Shown: in pieces, positions 47,501 to 53,079 of the stretch
Layout of the letters: the number at the start of each line of letters is the position of its first letter
How positions within the stretch are numbered: the stretch's first letter is position 1
Virus record (IMG/VR): IMGVR_UViG_3300032138_000004
Location: 1 to 64,000 of that record
Origin: a virus
Lineage: Duplodnaviria > Caudoviricetes
Length of the DNA: 64,000 nucleotides
Direction: 5' to 3' (one strand)
Program-made: the position numbers and the translations under genes
Notes under the pieces: generated by a model
What the model was told of the DNA's origin: nothing
What the model saw: the letters and a program-made list of their open reading frames with translations, nothing else
The model's database searches: none

Positions 47501-49121
47501 TGTCGATGCTGTAGAGCCGCTCCTGGATGGCGACCGGCATCTCGCCGATGAACATGTTCTCTAGGATGGACGGGTCTGGCTCGACGCCCTCGACCGCCGC
47601 CATGGGGTCGCCCCAGCCAGCCTCGCGCATGGCCTCGATCGTTGGATTGGTCACGCCCTCAGCGTCTGCAGCAGCAATCACCTCGTCGCCCGTCAACTCA
47701 CGCTGGAGCCGAGCCGACACGGGGAGGTCACGGTAGCGCAGGCTACGGACGTCGCCGAGCACCTCGTCGTCGGGGGCTCCCGCCTCGATGGCGTCCTCGA
47801 TGGGGATGAAGGACTCCTTCCGGCGGCCAGCACGTTTCGCCGCAGCGGTCCGTCGCCAGAGGTCGGCACCCTCTTCAGCGCCCGCCCACTCCGCCAGGGA
47901 GGCGAACTTGCCCGTCGGGCCCGCCTTGAAGGTTTGGTCGTAGAAGAACTGCGCCGTCTCGGCCGCTACGCGAGGCACGTAGATCGGGCTCGGGAGGCCT
48001 TCGATGACCGTGCCCTCCCCCATCACCTCGGCCTTCTCCTCGTCGGTCATCCCGGGCGCGGCAGGACTGAGCTCCACGAGGTCGACAGGCTCGAGGGCCA
48101 GAGCTAGTTCGTCAGAAGCCTCGGCCAGCTTGTCGGGCTCCATCGAATGGAGAACGGCTGAGCGGGCCCACGGCAGGGCGAAGGCGTGTGCGGCAAGCCA
48201 CTTCTCGCCCATGCCCTCGGCCTTTACTACGTCGCGGAGCGCAGCGAAGGGCGAGTGCTCGTACATGAGCTGGGCCGTCTGCGCACCAGGCAGCTCCTTC
48301 GGCGCATCCTTGAGAGTCTCGACCTTTCGCTTCACCGCCTCCGTGAGTTCCTTGGGCGCATCCTCGTCCTCAACAAAAGCATCGAACGCCTCGCCCATGC
48401 GGGTGACCGGGAAGAGCAGGCCAGAGACCGCCCTCGTTCCGCTCTCCAGATCGTCGACATCGGCGAAGTCCGCCACAGCCCCGACGGGCGACTGCGCCAC
48501 CAGGGCGCGGCCCACGGCCGGCAGAACGCCCTCGAAGGGGTCGCCAGCCTTCACGCCCTGCGCCTCGTACCCCTGCCACCGCTCTTTCCGGTCGGTCTTC
48601 CGGCGCGGCACCTGATAAAGCCGGGGGTACAGCGTGCGGATGGCCGCCTTCACAGCCGTGTCGGCCGCCTCGTTGCCCGGCTGCCCCGAGACGTGGGCGT
48701 CGATGACCTCCTGCGAGACGGGCTTGCCCTTCACGATCTCCAGGTGGTCGACGAACTCGAGGGCCTCCTTGCGGGCCTGCTTGCCGGTGACCTCGGAGCC
48801 ACGGCCGAGCACCTCTTCCTCCTTCAGGTCGAGGAGCTTCTGCCGGTTGACCGCGAGTTTGGGGTACTCGTAGTCGAACTCGTGGGTGCGATGCGCGGGC
48901 TCCTCGTGTGCGCCGCCGCCGACCATCTGTGGCTCGCGCAGATGGCCATGAATCGGGTCGGGGCCCAGCGCGATGTCGAGCTCGTCCTGGTACTCCGTCT
49001 GAGGCTCGGGCTCCGGGGCCGACAGGCGCGGCTCCATCTGCTCGTACAGCAGCTCGGCCTCGCGCTGGCTGACGCCACGCTCTACCTGGCGCTCGATGAA
49101 TTCATCGCGGGTCGTAGGCAC
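27945..49121 (-). CDS. giant (7058 aa) polyvalent internal-virion / ejection protein
   Basis: Uninterrupted ORF, last in the ejection-gene cluster, with multiple recognisable enzyme motifs (see sub-features). Confidence 0.9.
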   Translation of the reverse strand: MPTTRDEFIERQVERGVSQREAELLYEQMEPRLSAPEPEPQTEYQDELDIALGPDPIHGHLREPQMVGGGAHEEPAHRTHEFDYEYPKLAVNRQKLLDLKEEEVLGRGSEVTGKQARKEALEFVDHLEIVKGKPVSQEVIDAHVSGQPGNEAADTAVKAAIRTLYPRLYQVPRRKTDRKERWQGYEAQGVKAGDPFEGVLPAVGRALVAQSPVGAVADFADVDDLESGTRAVSGLLFPVTRMGEAFDAFVEDEDAPKELTEAVKRKVETLKDAPKELPGAQTAQLMYEHSPFAALRDVVKAEGMGEKWLAAHAFALPWARSAVLHSMEPDKLAEASDELALALEPVDLVELSPAAPGMTDEEKAEVMGEGTVIEGLPSPIYVPRVAAETAQFFYDQTFKAGPTGKFASLAEWAGAEEGADLWRRTAAAKRAGRRKESFIPIEDAIEAGAPDDEVLGDVRSLRYRDLPVSARLQRELTGDEVIAAADAEGVTNPTIEAMREAGWGDPMAAVEGVEPDPSILENMFIGEMPVAIQERLYSIDSLRKGVAERKRARAATGGATVDVMSGVLEGLSSDTTPIGEDGFLKAETTFGWLMRVPAGVTQTAVLQADIDAPPVVPLMAWSLAQRVLGVEDTAGAIQDELRFPSLYGVDKMLGSPAISRILGTEDYTRLFSDDSTWGGRLTTHLKEDQQGLALSLPDMAYSLGYGEDTLAFQTALQLGLAFDFLIDWEKIPSAPVGAAWSRGGTGISYARQMSRAAAATKGDVGLAFGAGAAPELFAGRFEARTGTPWDVYGGVVETGVRRNAVRGASFKEQVARDQHDAVREVLRVVTGKSPEELNAMLGEYDETAELNGLAHLDNIRKVMKSNTPRQQALRATPDYQAMRAAAEQAEARGQLPKGGADWAMAVSEMESMRAVIDGKVPRVETYFEQFRLKSVDAPGPEVPKTGVLAEGDDVAKFVPEPPKVARARARFEQAALRAGMHEGEIIAALNNPKPDEVRTALRGVSPELVTLWDEWRTQMGGAHVWHPAVVGSRVRVEPSADGGRPMREFEGEVVEVYEPGSTRHEAGYRLKVQAGNARMMVRAKDIVEVEPPAAAPATPGPAWFSRLEEGAVEAFPASGSMRAKGVVTKLKALAKKDPALAEELKWMDLSEIEELGRKKMTVDEFRAFMRGQRVEVREVQKRSVEGVALEDGAMRAERNALEWAVGRADLSLGDLHALVAFLREEPDGGLLAERLDDLGVEGPNREPLENAAIDYIAAYSDRGSEDPTRWSEYTQPGAENYREVLLTLPDSVSSSGWVATEVDGRPGTWDVMDASGTRVARFNSPTAEAAISRAHQYELEAPERRRGRVYDSAHWSEPNVLAHIRLSDRTTADGKRVLFVEEAQSDWHQAARKHGYVEDTPDARMREQEVAGLHASMEALRADLKDAEATNAPDARKMALTDEILAAAGEAERLRSALNARVPDAPFKEKRWARLALRRVVRMAAEEGYDGVAVVRGEDIQRVVGGGLEGQKRFYDVNVPRYLADIGKPWGVRPGDTTIGGTAGSVDRMGEALGWGVWERDGGSAPVEMFGTADEARAFVARQGDPERFTAGEFGDLETHDVPGALSATILDITPDMRRAVVERGLPLFQDDAGRAAGAVATEPGLTPGPMWYSRLEEGTLEEFPASGKLRAKAIATKMRALAKKDPALADELEWVDLAELESKGRQKLSVDEYREWMRSQRLEVKDVTKVAGPDMFARPETQAAMAQLRTAVEDAGGGPGLFHELQSALRPGDHPFGTMEGDNPRVGHIINDIADGDPMHVERISEAYDDVVDSLVYEGPDEADAARWAEYQQPGGERYREILLTLPVPLAKLPPGHRVVERGPGDWAVLDGGGAFFAGGETRAGAVAYAHRVAAEKAGGARGERGFRSQNTYTSPHWDEANVVAHIRLTERISPDGERLLFIEEIQSDWHQAGRKKGYQLPRSEIDKLEARSLDLRRRMRRARAEGDEADLARAERELAEVSPLLARNTEDAYGVVPDAPFKDKRWARLALRRVVRMAAEQGYDGVAVVRGEDIQRVVGGGLEGQKRFYDVNVPRYLADIGKPWGVKPERKGGIYSPSLDPHDSPYSAVDAQEPGGPADAPERWVVEDEHGARFGGVRAGRAEAERVAAQLNDERKPPSTYLPITPDMRRSVVERGLPLFQEGADGARGSLETSGPLAPTFYSAVDNAIDRVFAKGAKSIKAESFLAMVRKQPDVKAEEIDFLGLEEWAKGQGRVTREAAKAHVAAHALEVRDVLKGGKDPKVEAQASEVERLNQQRGQMMQRAPLIEFREGPQEVAGTLRGDLQGRLFFHDAKPARGFGEPDAWTVRELKDMRMHVTTLGPERMAQVQEALEWSREYQALNNEHGMAMRHLQELERESVDDPTRYKDWSHDGGRGYQELLLTMALDESDLPPGVEVRERVSHGTRHFVVIEDGERISSGETPEGAVRAYFDQKGGVFTYDHWDERNVLAHIRFDTRIDALGRRILFIHEVQSDWHQQGLKRGYLDKGAETGPTRALLKKRLSDVQTELSTARNAFLDKELEARGLTRDQYRGRTLYQNADIMDALAEYNDSPEMQRMHEAEGLARREYENRLIGWDEKGRVPDAPLKTSWHALAMKRMVRLAADGDYDAIAWPTGVMEAELFDLGGHVDVLRWEFDDPADVEDGRLVAIKDGEEVDLPEDFGWDDLEEAIGDEPARLLKEDAKATAARWRHDESELITVHELTETDIEAWDLEGAAVPGQHVLLGYYGEPHDGVYGDITVFDDPVEADKARRDNIVWGRLDAEMKMGEISAGELKIGTKGMEAFYDGKLVGWAKKFGKKMGARVGMAELPDHPDSPNVHMMTLSPKMKRLARFKGQPLFQEKGGRAAGSIKVSKAKVALERLRRTPFVPTRMIVEMLGDRPEYLDGVIEFLAEQRQRLAAGKLTNRDVAKAYFMTVASMGSDAVRASLVEGRAGFRIPEDFVTYNKKGDRMVRPEEAAAAWLFTDDGQRALNAIERGEFDADAWGKGADVRLTYGDDRVRNSSSLNEPKVKERQVTMQNLQEATDAINRAGTDADALFKAAQRLAGIGEAKKAFIGHLLGMGSRATADAVEINVWLTGRGDIGRLKGKRAEVARLVKDTSSKRVARELSRRVNQSIRGLKRRGIGTDIPSEMFGHVVHHWIWDKAKGVETTHKGMYKAQRLAQKSEKTGRAKGSITIEQADDIMASDAEDGHFAMAAASGHVVEPPPDWKDVRFKRDLDSLTAPEQAAWDRVMAQRDDRARVEAQLKLHKGTPWAHQAIEGAMVRASIMDAVAGRESSVVSALDYSVTAKRLIQGASRDGVWAYFNSTGKFLSGAEKPVNNVNGSFLDCNPSKACATYCYATDGNYRYFGSVVKAELVTAAIEDDPIRAANQIAAEYRATSEFREGKALRLFDKGDLSKAWLPVIEELNSQDVRVQVFSKRPENLREVSDRNVRLLSIDDGRVGAADANPDLATAVVYRGEEDIPLIQTLLERDQIGVILPVKASLAFKAQAAAKRAVRALREQVPAAKKRICPIDSGVLRLGVATTITRPVMERLVELVEAHGETSGLHRFRREYGGSPKKDKPKKGLLKVRADERDLRKVRSALARGEDSVVLDRTFNCTKCDARGGLGCFLGKSTERVMQSSDVTGRTPRRYADRVQQLRERLRAELARGVEGEGDLGPDGHPVPGRVHGFLQEVDALFGELLGGRGGVRRGRGRDGDGAGADGGLAGGERGARPGVDEEPLFQRGAPAEELESNPLDVTPDTVGPLRRGMSLEGAESALRDNAADVEHAAVFDAEGRQVGRFTNMADDSFWGGLDKADTEKMEWALSNMGLTRGEARLGSLVHVPEWTRKAAMEAGDFVFTHYHPSGAPLSLQDLQVTFTMNLREMRAVTSEGVYVLARPEGAAEWQFLTRAEGVDRSLREAHWAASRRASEQMDAQIRAAGGAPGSTTAKGYSDADFNRFYSDALLKGYNDALRTLGSDARLEFRPHSAAERRAGVAERGPAADVPGARGAGGVDEPLAQRGWAPTRPPLVARNYVSPRDKVRMSAADKQTRDVAYALKRGDPEAVATAADELAQRVPQGAVLVPAPDSRGNTAGNLALAEAIAERVGGEVRDVLSRAAPVESSRAMRERGRVRRPAEHGIEASEQLPDAFIVDNVIATGGTMRAAQDAMGGGTPLAWADRSQRWGREQMLMQRADPVDTPEFKAWFGDSKVVDEQGKPLVVYHGTRRGFDVFNTEGLGAHFGTASAANARVGLPLEEGAAIERAALDDDLGDVAGSLVPVYLSVKSPFRMPDRLSWLPDMVLADIEKAGALEPRILRQLREDPDIEALLRGELVGDPPTVLRAQEAIKEALEDAGYDGIVYRNRVEGEPADSYAVFRPEQIKSATGNRGTFDPADPSILRQRAEAGEGLTVAQAEDAILEQFPFAGPLLDGRLRVVESFDDIDGGRWSDLDDGSQTAMWVPDGEGGPGTAYILAPRMTPELLQSAVVHEVGAHMGMRGLLGSEEARLLDRAAELARSATDGPAARAHTKAMADLEARGVDPESARGRELYRREALAYLVEVDPQNGIVRDLIARLKAWLFRQGLKLTLNEADLRAMAIAALRNEARVAAGEPVPIGGGLAVGPAPVTYGLHDVVPLPKPRRRAHIDDIPDVSRPRAERTWSEITTEDAAPSDTMPMFQREGAREAEWEVEEFDFWGEPRYRLVDRAGIFEDYMGEADLAEGFRYEHEAQHALDSGLVASGEYRDMRTGRVERGPLFQRGDGEAAAGSVEVASPGRAPTATLFSGGGLVEEGLRGAIKPIYAVEFDENVAAHYAVVHGDHVRVGRVQNQDFTEASDADYLHASPVCKTSSLAKLGRNEAPLDVETARSTAEALRTIRPPVFTLENVAAYGKTEAMRVITDELDKLGYKWDTHVYEAADYGAPTRRKRLLLRAVGPDQGELPPRPEPTHGPGADQPHAGWFDAVSDLVDDLPDQPLGDWQRKRLERHGIDVDNITEPLLVMGGSTNRKTLPHAFGGEPAPTIKATPRELHRIVMPDGRVKRVTPRVMARMTGLPDSYPLPGSRIVATTIIGNGVPPALSRAVFEPLLEPMMAEGPVPSRRMSDADVVAAIERVQGDKYTAPRREAPRRARGMLGGSSAGLTPAARAEVDALRERQDIIENRLAEAEEAGRHPDEDLLAESAAIQEQLAGYEDHFAEQDDIGRWQESGGMDVRIARTVANRPKIESAEALIARQQAQRGHTSPTQTMVMLGRQLDKHIDNALRPDARRYSPRDVEVRAARVAEDALVEEYGPDWREIVATPRSLRDVRRIFEIQKRFWDDVELGDWREGLRMAVEHYYRSATDDLTRAQRPKRRLSDAEVEDIAKDIAGAEGARRGRIKSRGVRPGEPARVERRLDLLRLAKVPEARLRRLGWTDEQLPGDIAGGEPLYQPGDGGARGTFDTTTAVITLYQGSTLRTLWHEKGHLIDLVTGTPEVRQAMDAAFERMPEAEVRALAAEAHRVGPKQAADARGLDKADAINAQIYVQDGESGPMRTVEGREQMARMFEVWLERRTAPNGWLRMQFQQLQQGLADVWAQVRGRDLEVDPAVAAVWDRWLRPERIADSVAVEIGAAEGLARFPHAVVPEVGPLDDAVGRAGRAREAGRVNLRREEVLQDMGIRAGEEVPLHDLVAKAIRYVATEQARRNARGIELVAMTARTVVPAGRAEGLQREVHASLSTAIGMSVMELVDEGRAADDAVSLDRAQQAGLRTLANRVANNPVVDPRGFEKLINPRSDLSTVSFQELNALQEAQIDVMAGPGARRDLRAERIPPTLGVALARALWEIPDKLHTGTGSVRTQNWKRRLSDMFTTSRPGDKYVDPHVTEAWDRATREVGRSQDWVRTAGRNIREGDPQSGLVDTLKGVMRQLTTPVSIANVQVLGRMRDRFNGRDEVSNVRALRGVRDEVATTDPLRIDRLLDPDHLSMLQGVIDDVPHGATPEEAAAMQLLHFHAGGITQAPPTPAPAPAPAAGPTGPRMGRREAMIQSGIDELLRERTGTNPRSSLGADQIHIVRAIDRLLRERPNDPRVLEYQRLISGRQAAPSAGRRPSMRSAIEQSGLAELLRPRLGYDPLAGRALDQGPILRAVNQLISDMPHDPRVREYQRLKGLQQADPLPPPPPDNLLTPDEITAVEAALAEISEALDRRWGLVSERAADIAAALTGTAGMEISGSGSTARASSILTLTDRSKLELYEAFFTGRWAESDLPPDLPNAKRPVTLESWTELRGHKSGADPRTVSRVDPNVIRTEILVRMRALEVLGEFSETLARMGMPTSKADVAPAGAKDRGAFMDDVIQYLNAEMSWSLTHAVDPEGLTVHYPEVGKISPVEEGLTRQHYPETIKQDAQVHNIEAYTEAQRLLARFGYKRGKGGWERVTLPDGSETIMPSMLREPLDQALEQAADVGRAFDSVAAPRVRSVLPVARQVADPATRRAMDPTKPMGERVADRLKRLRPSGRADDISRPWSIHAAMTIGETIDSMLGMFPMIFTKIRMGLTVGPLIPNPPYFTANAIGALLQAYMGRGARGAAAALGRHPKVTAAVVKRLWGNYDSYPGGGVIVTPDGRVYTADMIADMAKSEGLSSSYIQSEATPSLLDDLRDMHRGAYERYANIPFMAGRWQQFLMDSATGIDNWMRVGTFIDELKLGKSPAEAAKVARLVGFDYSKLSTFEKAIARNVIMFYSFLKLNQELMWHTLLRNPYRVLGQLRALKGLTREQLEEDPVLVLQEWNEGRLAVFYEDANAANEVAQRHVSIARIDGFLYLAPPLPINDGLSLWANIWDAAKGDEKALGETVSRAAPWIQAPFVMTTNRDIFYGRDLEAYNDVPPWFVETDRAWTGGALVDGLMRLDPPMAEADSARRWTAENHDVYRITDKTGAKWWWAAKNLGAFAPGFGRSMQTVTALDRSFEDYGPVEALVQSSRVARNHWADQELVAPIAMGEGDTAHPRAGLTVGSERLGLLGIRPVQIFTRGEVLDRMTAEKLAEQTETISQIDQSLNR
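32250..32765 (-). other. zincin metallopeptidase-like domain 2 (approximate)
   Basis: ARGTF...ITLYQGSTLRTLWHEKGH...EQMARMFE. Confidence 0.65.
33780..34705 (-). other. C5-cytosine DNA methyltransferase domain
   Basis: LFSGGG (I), HASPVC (IV), LENV (VI), YGAPTRRKR (VIII), ARMTGLPD (IX), IGNGVPP (X). Confidence 0.9.
35200..35800 (-). other. zincin metallopeptidase-like domain 1 (approximate)
   Basis: VVHEVGAHMG...REALAY. Confidence 0.6.
35838..36443 (-). other. ADP-ribosyltransferase domain of polyvalent proteins (ART-PolyVal-like)
   Basis: FKAWFGDSKVVDEQGKPLVVYHGT...PVYL...GYDG...VFRPEQIKSATGNRGTFD. Confidence 0.85.
36500..36950 (-). other. phosphoribosyltransferase (ComF-like) domain
   Basis: VLVPAP; PRPP-loop-like IVDNVIATGGT. 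Confidence 0.75.
37100..37730 (-). other. JAB/MPN-like domain
   Basis: EHAAVFD...THYHPSGAPLSLQD (E..HxH..S..D). Confidence 0.7.
38150..39100 (-). other. GP88-like / radical-SAM-like Fe-S domain
   Basis: CNPSKACATYCYA, LRLFDKGD, FSKR, C-terminal ICP...CTKC...GC. Confidence 0.65.
39520..40430 (-). other. HhH DNA glycosylase-like domain
   Basis: LAGIGEAKKAFIGHLLG hairpin, downstream TAD Asp, HHWIWD. Confidence 0.5.
42862..43070. repeat. 209-bp near-identical direct repeat, copy A
   Basis: 5 mismatches against 44530-44738 by manual alignment. Confidence 0.9.
44530..44738. repeat. 209-bp near-identical direct repeat, copy B
   Basis: See copy A. Confidence 0.9.
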
Positions 49122-49127
49122 TGTTCC

Positions 49128-51908
49128 TCACATGGCCGAGTTGAGGATGTCTTCGAGGCTCTCGTCCCGAGGGTCGGCAGAGGCCGGGTCCGCCCACTCG
49201 ATCTTCGTGTCCTTGAGCATCTGCTGGTGTTGCGCGGCCCGGGCGGCCTCGCGGGATCGCCATCGCTCACGGTGACGACGTGCGTCCGCAACCTCCTGCT
49301 CGAACAGGTCGAGGACGCGCCCCATGCCGTCGGGGTCGTCCTGCTCGAACTCACCCAGCGCGCCCTCGAGCTTGTCGTTCTGGGTCGTGAGCTCCTGCTT
49401 CCGGCCTTGCAGCAGACGGCCCTCCTCCGTCTGCAACTCGGGGTCGGTGGCGCGCAGAGCACGCTCCTGCTGCTCGACCTTGGTGAGTTGTTTGAGCACG
49501 TCGCGCTGCGTCCACAGCATGCCCAGGGTGGCCGTTGTCGGGTCGAGGTCGAACATGTCCTTGCCCGTCGCCGGGTCCACGAGGGCCCCAGCCTGGGCGG
49601 GCGCGGGCGGGCGGGCCACGGGCTCCGCCTTACCCACGCCTGCGCCAGCCTGCAGCGGCTGCTCGGGCTCCCGGGGGGCACGGCCCACGACGTCGGGCTC
49701 GATGTCATTGACGGTGGCCGCCCCTCCCACCGGGCCCGCCTTGTTCCAATCCAGTTGCTGCTTCGCGGACGCGATCCGCTCATCGTCACCCGATTCACGA
49801 GCCTCATTCAGTTGACTCTCCAGATCCGGGCGGCGGGCCGCATTCTCTTCGGGAGTCGTCCCACGCGCGGCCGCCTCGGCAGCAGCATCCGCCGCCATCT
49901 TGTCGCCGCGACTCTCGTTCCGCACGTCTTGCCGGTTCCTCCAGGCCTCAGCGTCGGGGCCCTCGGTCTTCTCCCGCTCGCCAGCGATGCGCGTCGCGTG
50001 GTCGCGGATGCCCTTGCTGCCGGTGAAGAGCGCCCGGCCGTCGCCCGTCTTGACCGCCTCGTCGACCAGTTCGGAGAAGGAGGACGCCACCTCGCCCCCG
50101 AGGTCGTCGGGCACGACGTCGGTGAAGGCCGACAGCGCGCGAAGACCCTCCAACTGGGCTCGGCTGTCGGGGTGGGAGAGCGCCACGTCGATCTCGTCAG
50201 CCACCAGATCGGCCAGGAGGATGTCGTCCTCCATCGCCCACAGATCGGGCTGAGCCTGGGGCAGCACGGCCGCGATGCTGGCCGCCGCCTCCGCTGCTCC
50301 CGCCGCCTTCATCACCTCGGCATCGGCCTCGACGAAGGCCTGGATGAGCGGCGTCGCCCGGCGAACGGCCGACTCTGGCAGCGCGGCAACCACGTTGCGC
50401 ACGCTCTGGTACCGCTCGAAGCCCTGCCGCTGGCTGCCATCGGTGGCCAACTCCTGTGCCGCGAGCGTCAGCTGCGACGCCATCCACTGGTAGAGGCGCT
50501 CGCCGGCCTGGTCCTCGAACCAGTTGTCGTAGTGCGAGCCAGGGTCGGCCTCGAGGAGCCGCGCGTCGCCGACGGCCTCCACGCCCTCGCGCTCGACCCG
50601 ACGCAGGTGGGGGCGGACCCTGCCGCCCTCGGTCACGATCTCGTTCAGGAAGGCCGAGCGCGTCTTCGGGTCCATCGCCGCCAGACGGTCGAGCACCGCC
50701 TGACCCTTGTGCTGGCCACGGAACGGAGAACTGAGCAGGTAGTTCGGGCCGCTCCCGAAGAAGGCCTCGTCGAGGCTCGAGCTCGCTGCCGTCTCGCGCT
50801 TGTCGAGCAGCCGCTTCAGGCGCTCCTGGCCAGCTGCGATGTCGGCGTCGATGTCAGAGACCACGGGGTTCACCGCCGCGTCGAGCATGCCCATGATTCC
50901 GCCAGCGCCACCGCCGCCCTGCTCCTGAGCAGCGCGTCGCTGGGCAGGGGTGTTCGCCGGCGGCGCCGCACCAGCCGGGCCCGCCTGAGCGGGTGCCGGG
51001 GCCGTACCGGGCGTCGCAGCGGGCGCCGGGACCGTGCCCGTCCCGCCGAACATGGTGCCGGCCGCCTCGTGGAAGGTCGCCATGGGGTCCTGCGGCGGGC
51101 CGACGCCCGCCTTGACCTTGGCCTCGCGCTTCCGCGTCTCCGACTCCAGGAGGCTCGGATACTGCGTGTTCATGTGGGTGCTGGGCTCACCGTTCGGGAA
51201 CTTCCCGCGCATGTGCTCGATGGCCTCGACGTACTTGTTCGTTTCGGCCAGGTGCGCAGCGGCCGCGCCCGCATCGCCAGCCTTCTCGGCAGCGAGGTAC
51301 CGCGACTCCGCGTTGACCCGCTTCTCTTCGAGTTGCTGGTAGATCTCGTAGTTGACGGCGTCCCGCGCCGACGCGGTGCCGCCAGCCTTGCTGATGGCCC
51401 CCGATGCCACCGACTCCACCTCGGTGGCAAGGTCCGCGGGCTTCGTGGCGTCCATGTCGCCGACGCGATCGATGCCCTTCTGCATCCCAGCGGCTACATC
51501 AGCCGGGATGTTCAGCAGCTCAGCCCGGAACTTCCGCTCCTCGCTGAAGGTGCGGTCCAGGTCCGCCTGGGCCTCGATCTCCGCGACCTTGCGATTCGCG
51601 TAGGACGCCTCCTGCTGGGCCGCGTGCTGCCAGACGCCCTTCATCAGGTCCGAGCTGATGTCGGCGTAGCCCTGGATCTTGTTCTGCTGGATCTTCGCCT
51701 TCCGCTCCTGCAACTCGGCGATGGACCGCATCTCGATCTCGATCATCTTGTCGTACTGCGTCGGGTCCGCCCGCTTGAGGCGCTCCGCCCGCATCTGCTC
51801 GTTGATGCGACTTCGCTCACCCATGAAGGTAAGGGCAAAGGCTACGATCGCCGGCTGCCCCGGGTCGTAGCTCGGGTCGTACTGCGAGACGGCAGGAGAG
51901 GCGGCCAT
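49128..51908 (-). CDS. large helical internal-virion / ejection protein
   Basis: Start revised to ATG 51908 (overlaps upstream TGA); coiled-coil-rich; position in the cluster. Confidence 0.6.
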   Translation of the reverse strand: MAASPAVSQYDPSYDPGQPAIVAFALTFMGERSRINEQMRAERLKRADPTQYDKMIEIEMRSIAELQERKAKIQQNKIQGYADISSDLMKGVWQHAAQQEASYANRKVAEIEAQADLDRTFSEERKFRAELLNIPADVAAGMQKGIDRVGDMDATKPADLATEVESVASGAISKAGGTASARDAVNYEIYQQLEEKRVNAESRYLAAEKAGDAGAAAAHLAETNKYVEAIEHMRGKFPNGEPSTHMNTQYPSLLESETRKREAKVKAGVGPPQDPMATFHEAAGTMFGGTGTVPAPAATPGTAPAPAQAGPAGAAPPANTPAQRRAAQEQGGGGAGGIMGMLDAAVNPVVSDIDADIAAGQERLKRLLDKRETAASSSLDEAFFGSGPNYLLSSPFRGQHKGQAVLDRLAAMDPKTRSAFLNEIVTEGGRVRPHLRRVEREGVEAVGDARLLEADPGSHYDNWFEDQAGERLYQWMASQLTLAAQELATDGSQRQGFERYQSVRNVVAALPESAVRRATPLIQAFVEADAEVMKAAGAAEAAASIAAVLPQAQPDLWAMEDDILLADLVADEIDVALSHPDSRAQLEGLRALSAFTDVVPDDLGGEVASSFSELVDEAVKTGDGRALFTGSKGIRDHATRIAGEREKTEGPDAEAWRNRQDVRNESRGDKMAADAAAEAAARGTTPEENAARRPDLESQLNEARESGDDERIASAKQQLDWNKAGPVGGAATVNDIEPDVVGRAPREPEQPLQAGAGVGKAEPVARPPAPAQAGALVDPATGKDMFDLDPTTATLGMLWTQRDVLKQLTKVEQQERALRATDPELQTEEGRLLQGRKQELTTQNDKLEGALGEFEQDDPDGMGRVLDLFEQEVADARRHRERWRSREAARAAQHQQMLKDTKIEWADPASADPRDESLEDILNSAM

Positions 51909-52705
51909 CAGCGAAGCCCTGCCAGCATGAGCCACGAGAGCACCCGGTCAGGGTCGTTGCCGGCCATCTTCATGGCCATCTGCAGTTCGTTCGCGCTCAC
52001 GCCCTGCGCGGCCAGTGCAGACGGGTCGAGCTCGGCCACGCGCTGGGCGGCCCGCGCCTTCCCGGCGATCCCGGCCAACTGGGTGATGCCCTGCGACGTC
52101 GCCGCGCGCCGGCGCTTCTGGACCTCCGACTTGTACTTCGTGCGGTTCTCGATCTCCTGCAGCTGGTCGCTGGCTTCCTGGAGATGGGCCTGATTGATGG
52201 CATGGCCAGCCTGGAGCGCCGACTGCTGCACGTCCCGACGGTACTCCCGCTGCGCACGGTTCGCGTCAGCCGCAGACCGAGTGCCACCCATGGCCGCCTG
52301 CTGGGCCGCGCTCTGCTGAGCAGCCTGGGCAGCCTGGGCCCGCACGGGGTCCATCATCGTGCGCTCGAGGTGAGCCCGCTTCTTGCCCGTCAGCCCGAGG
52401 TCGTCTGCCTCCTCCAGCTGTTGGAGTTCCGCCAGCTTCTCCTTGTTGCGCTTGTCCTGGAGCGTGGGCGCGAGGTTCACCGCCGTCTGCCCCAGCTGCA
52501 GCGCGCCAGCCACCCCGAGATTGGAGTACAGGTTGCGCCGGTAGGCGGCCTGCGCGCCCGCGTAGGGGTCGGCGTAGCTCTGGTAGGTGGGCTGCTCCCC
52601 GTAGGTCGCGAGGATGTCGGCCCACGCATCATCGTCGTGAAGGACCGAGCGCTCGTCGATGCCTGTCCCGAAAGGGTTCTGCCGGGTGGTGAGACGGGGT
52701 GCCAT
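51908..52705 (-). CDS. Gln/Ala-rich ejection (pilot-like) protein
   Basis: GAGGAG SD, ATG 52705; AQAAQAAQQSAAQQAAMGG. Confidence 0.6.
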   Translation of the reverse strand: MAPRLTTRQNPFGTGIDERSVLHDDDAWADILATYGEQPTYQSYADPYAGAQAAYRRNLYSNLGVAGALQLGQTAVNLAPTLQDKRNKEKLAELQQLEEADDLGLTGKKRAHLERTMMDPVRAQAAQAAQQSAAQQAAMGGTRSAADANRAQREYRRDVQQSALQAGHAINQAHLQEASDQLQEIENRTKYKSEVQKRRRAATSQGITQLAGIAGKARAAQRVAELDPSALAAQGVSANELQMAMKMAGNDPDRVLSWLMLAGLR

Positions 52706-52716
52706 AGTCGTTCTCC

Positions 52717-53079
52717 TCAGCCGCCGAAGCGCTGTGCGCGCCAGGCGTCGAAGGTGGAGTTGTTGCCGGCGGCCCACGCAAGCTCATCGTCACCGACGTC
52801 ACGGGGTGCGGGGGGTCGCTGTGCGCGAGCCACTGCGGCCGCACGGTCCTGCGACGAGCGCCGCTCGGCGTCCGCCTGCTGCTTCTGCAGCTTCTCCTGC
52901 TGCTTCTCGAGCTGCTGTGCCTCCTTCTTCTGCTTCTTCGCGCTGATGGCGCCACCAGCGAGGCCCGTGAAGAAGCCGACAGCAGCACCAACACCGATGC
53001 CGATTGGGTTGGCCGTCAGCGAACCCGCCGCTGCGCCCGTCGCTGCGCCCTGCAGGGCCGATGTCAGGGCTTCCGACAC
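52717..53079 (-). CDS. glycine-zipper membrane-inserting ejection protein
   Basis: GAATGAAAG...GIGVGAAVGFFTGLAGG then a K/Q/E helix; GTG 53079 after GGAGG. Confidence 0.6.
   Translation of the reverse strand: MSEALTSALQGAATGAAAGSLTANPIGIGVGAAVGFFTGLAGGAISAKKQKKEAQQLEKQQEKLQKQQADAERRSSQDRAAAVARAQRPPAPRDVGDDELAWAAGNNSTFDAWRAQRFGG

Noticed and set aside
48186-52193. 1335-aa + strand ORF
   Set aside because: Antisense to the ejection genes, with L/R/G/V-rich shadow composition
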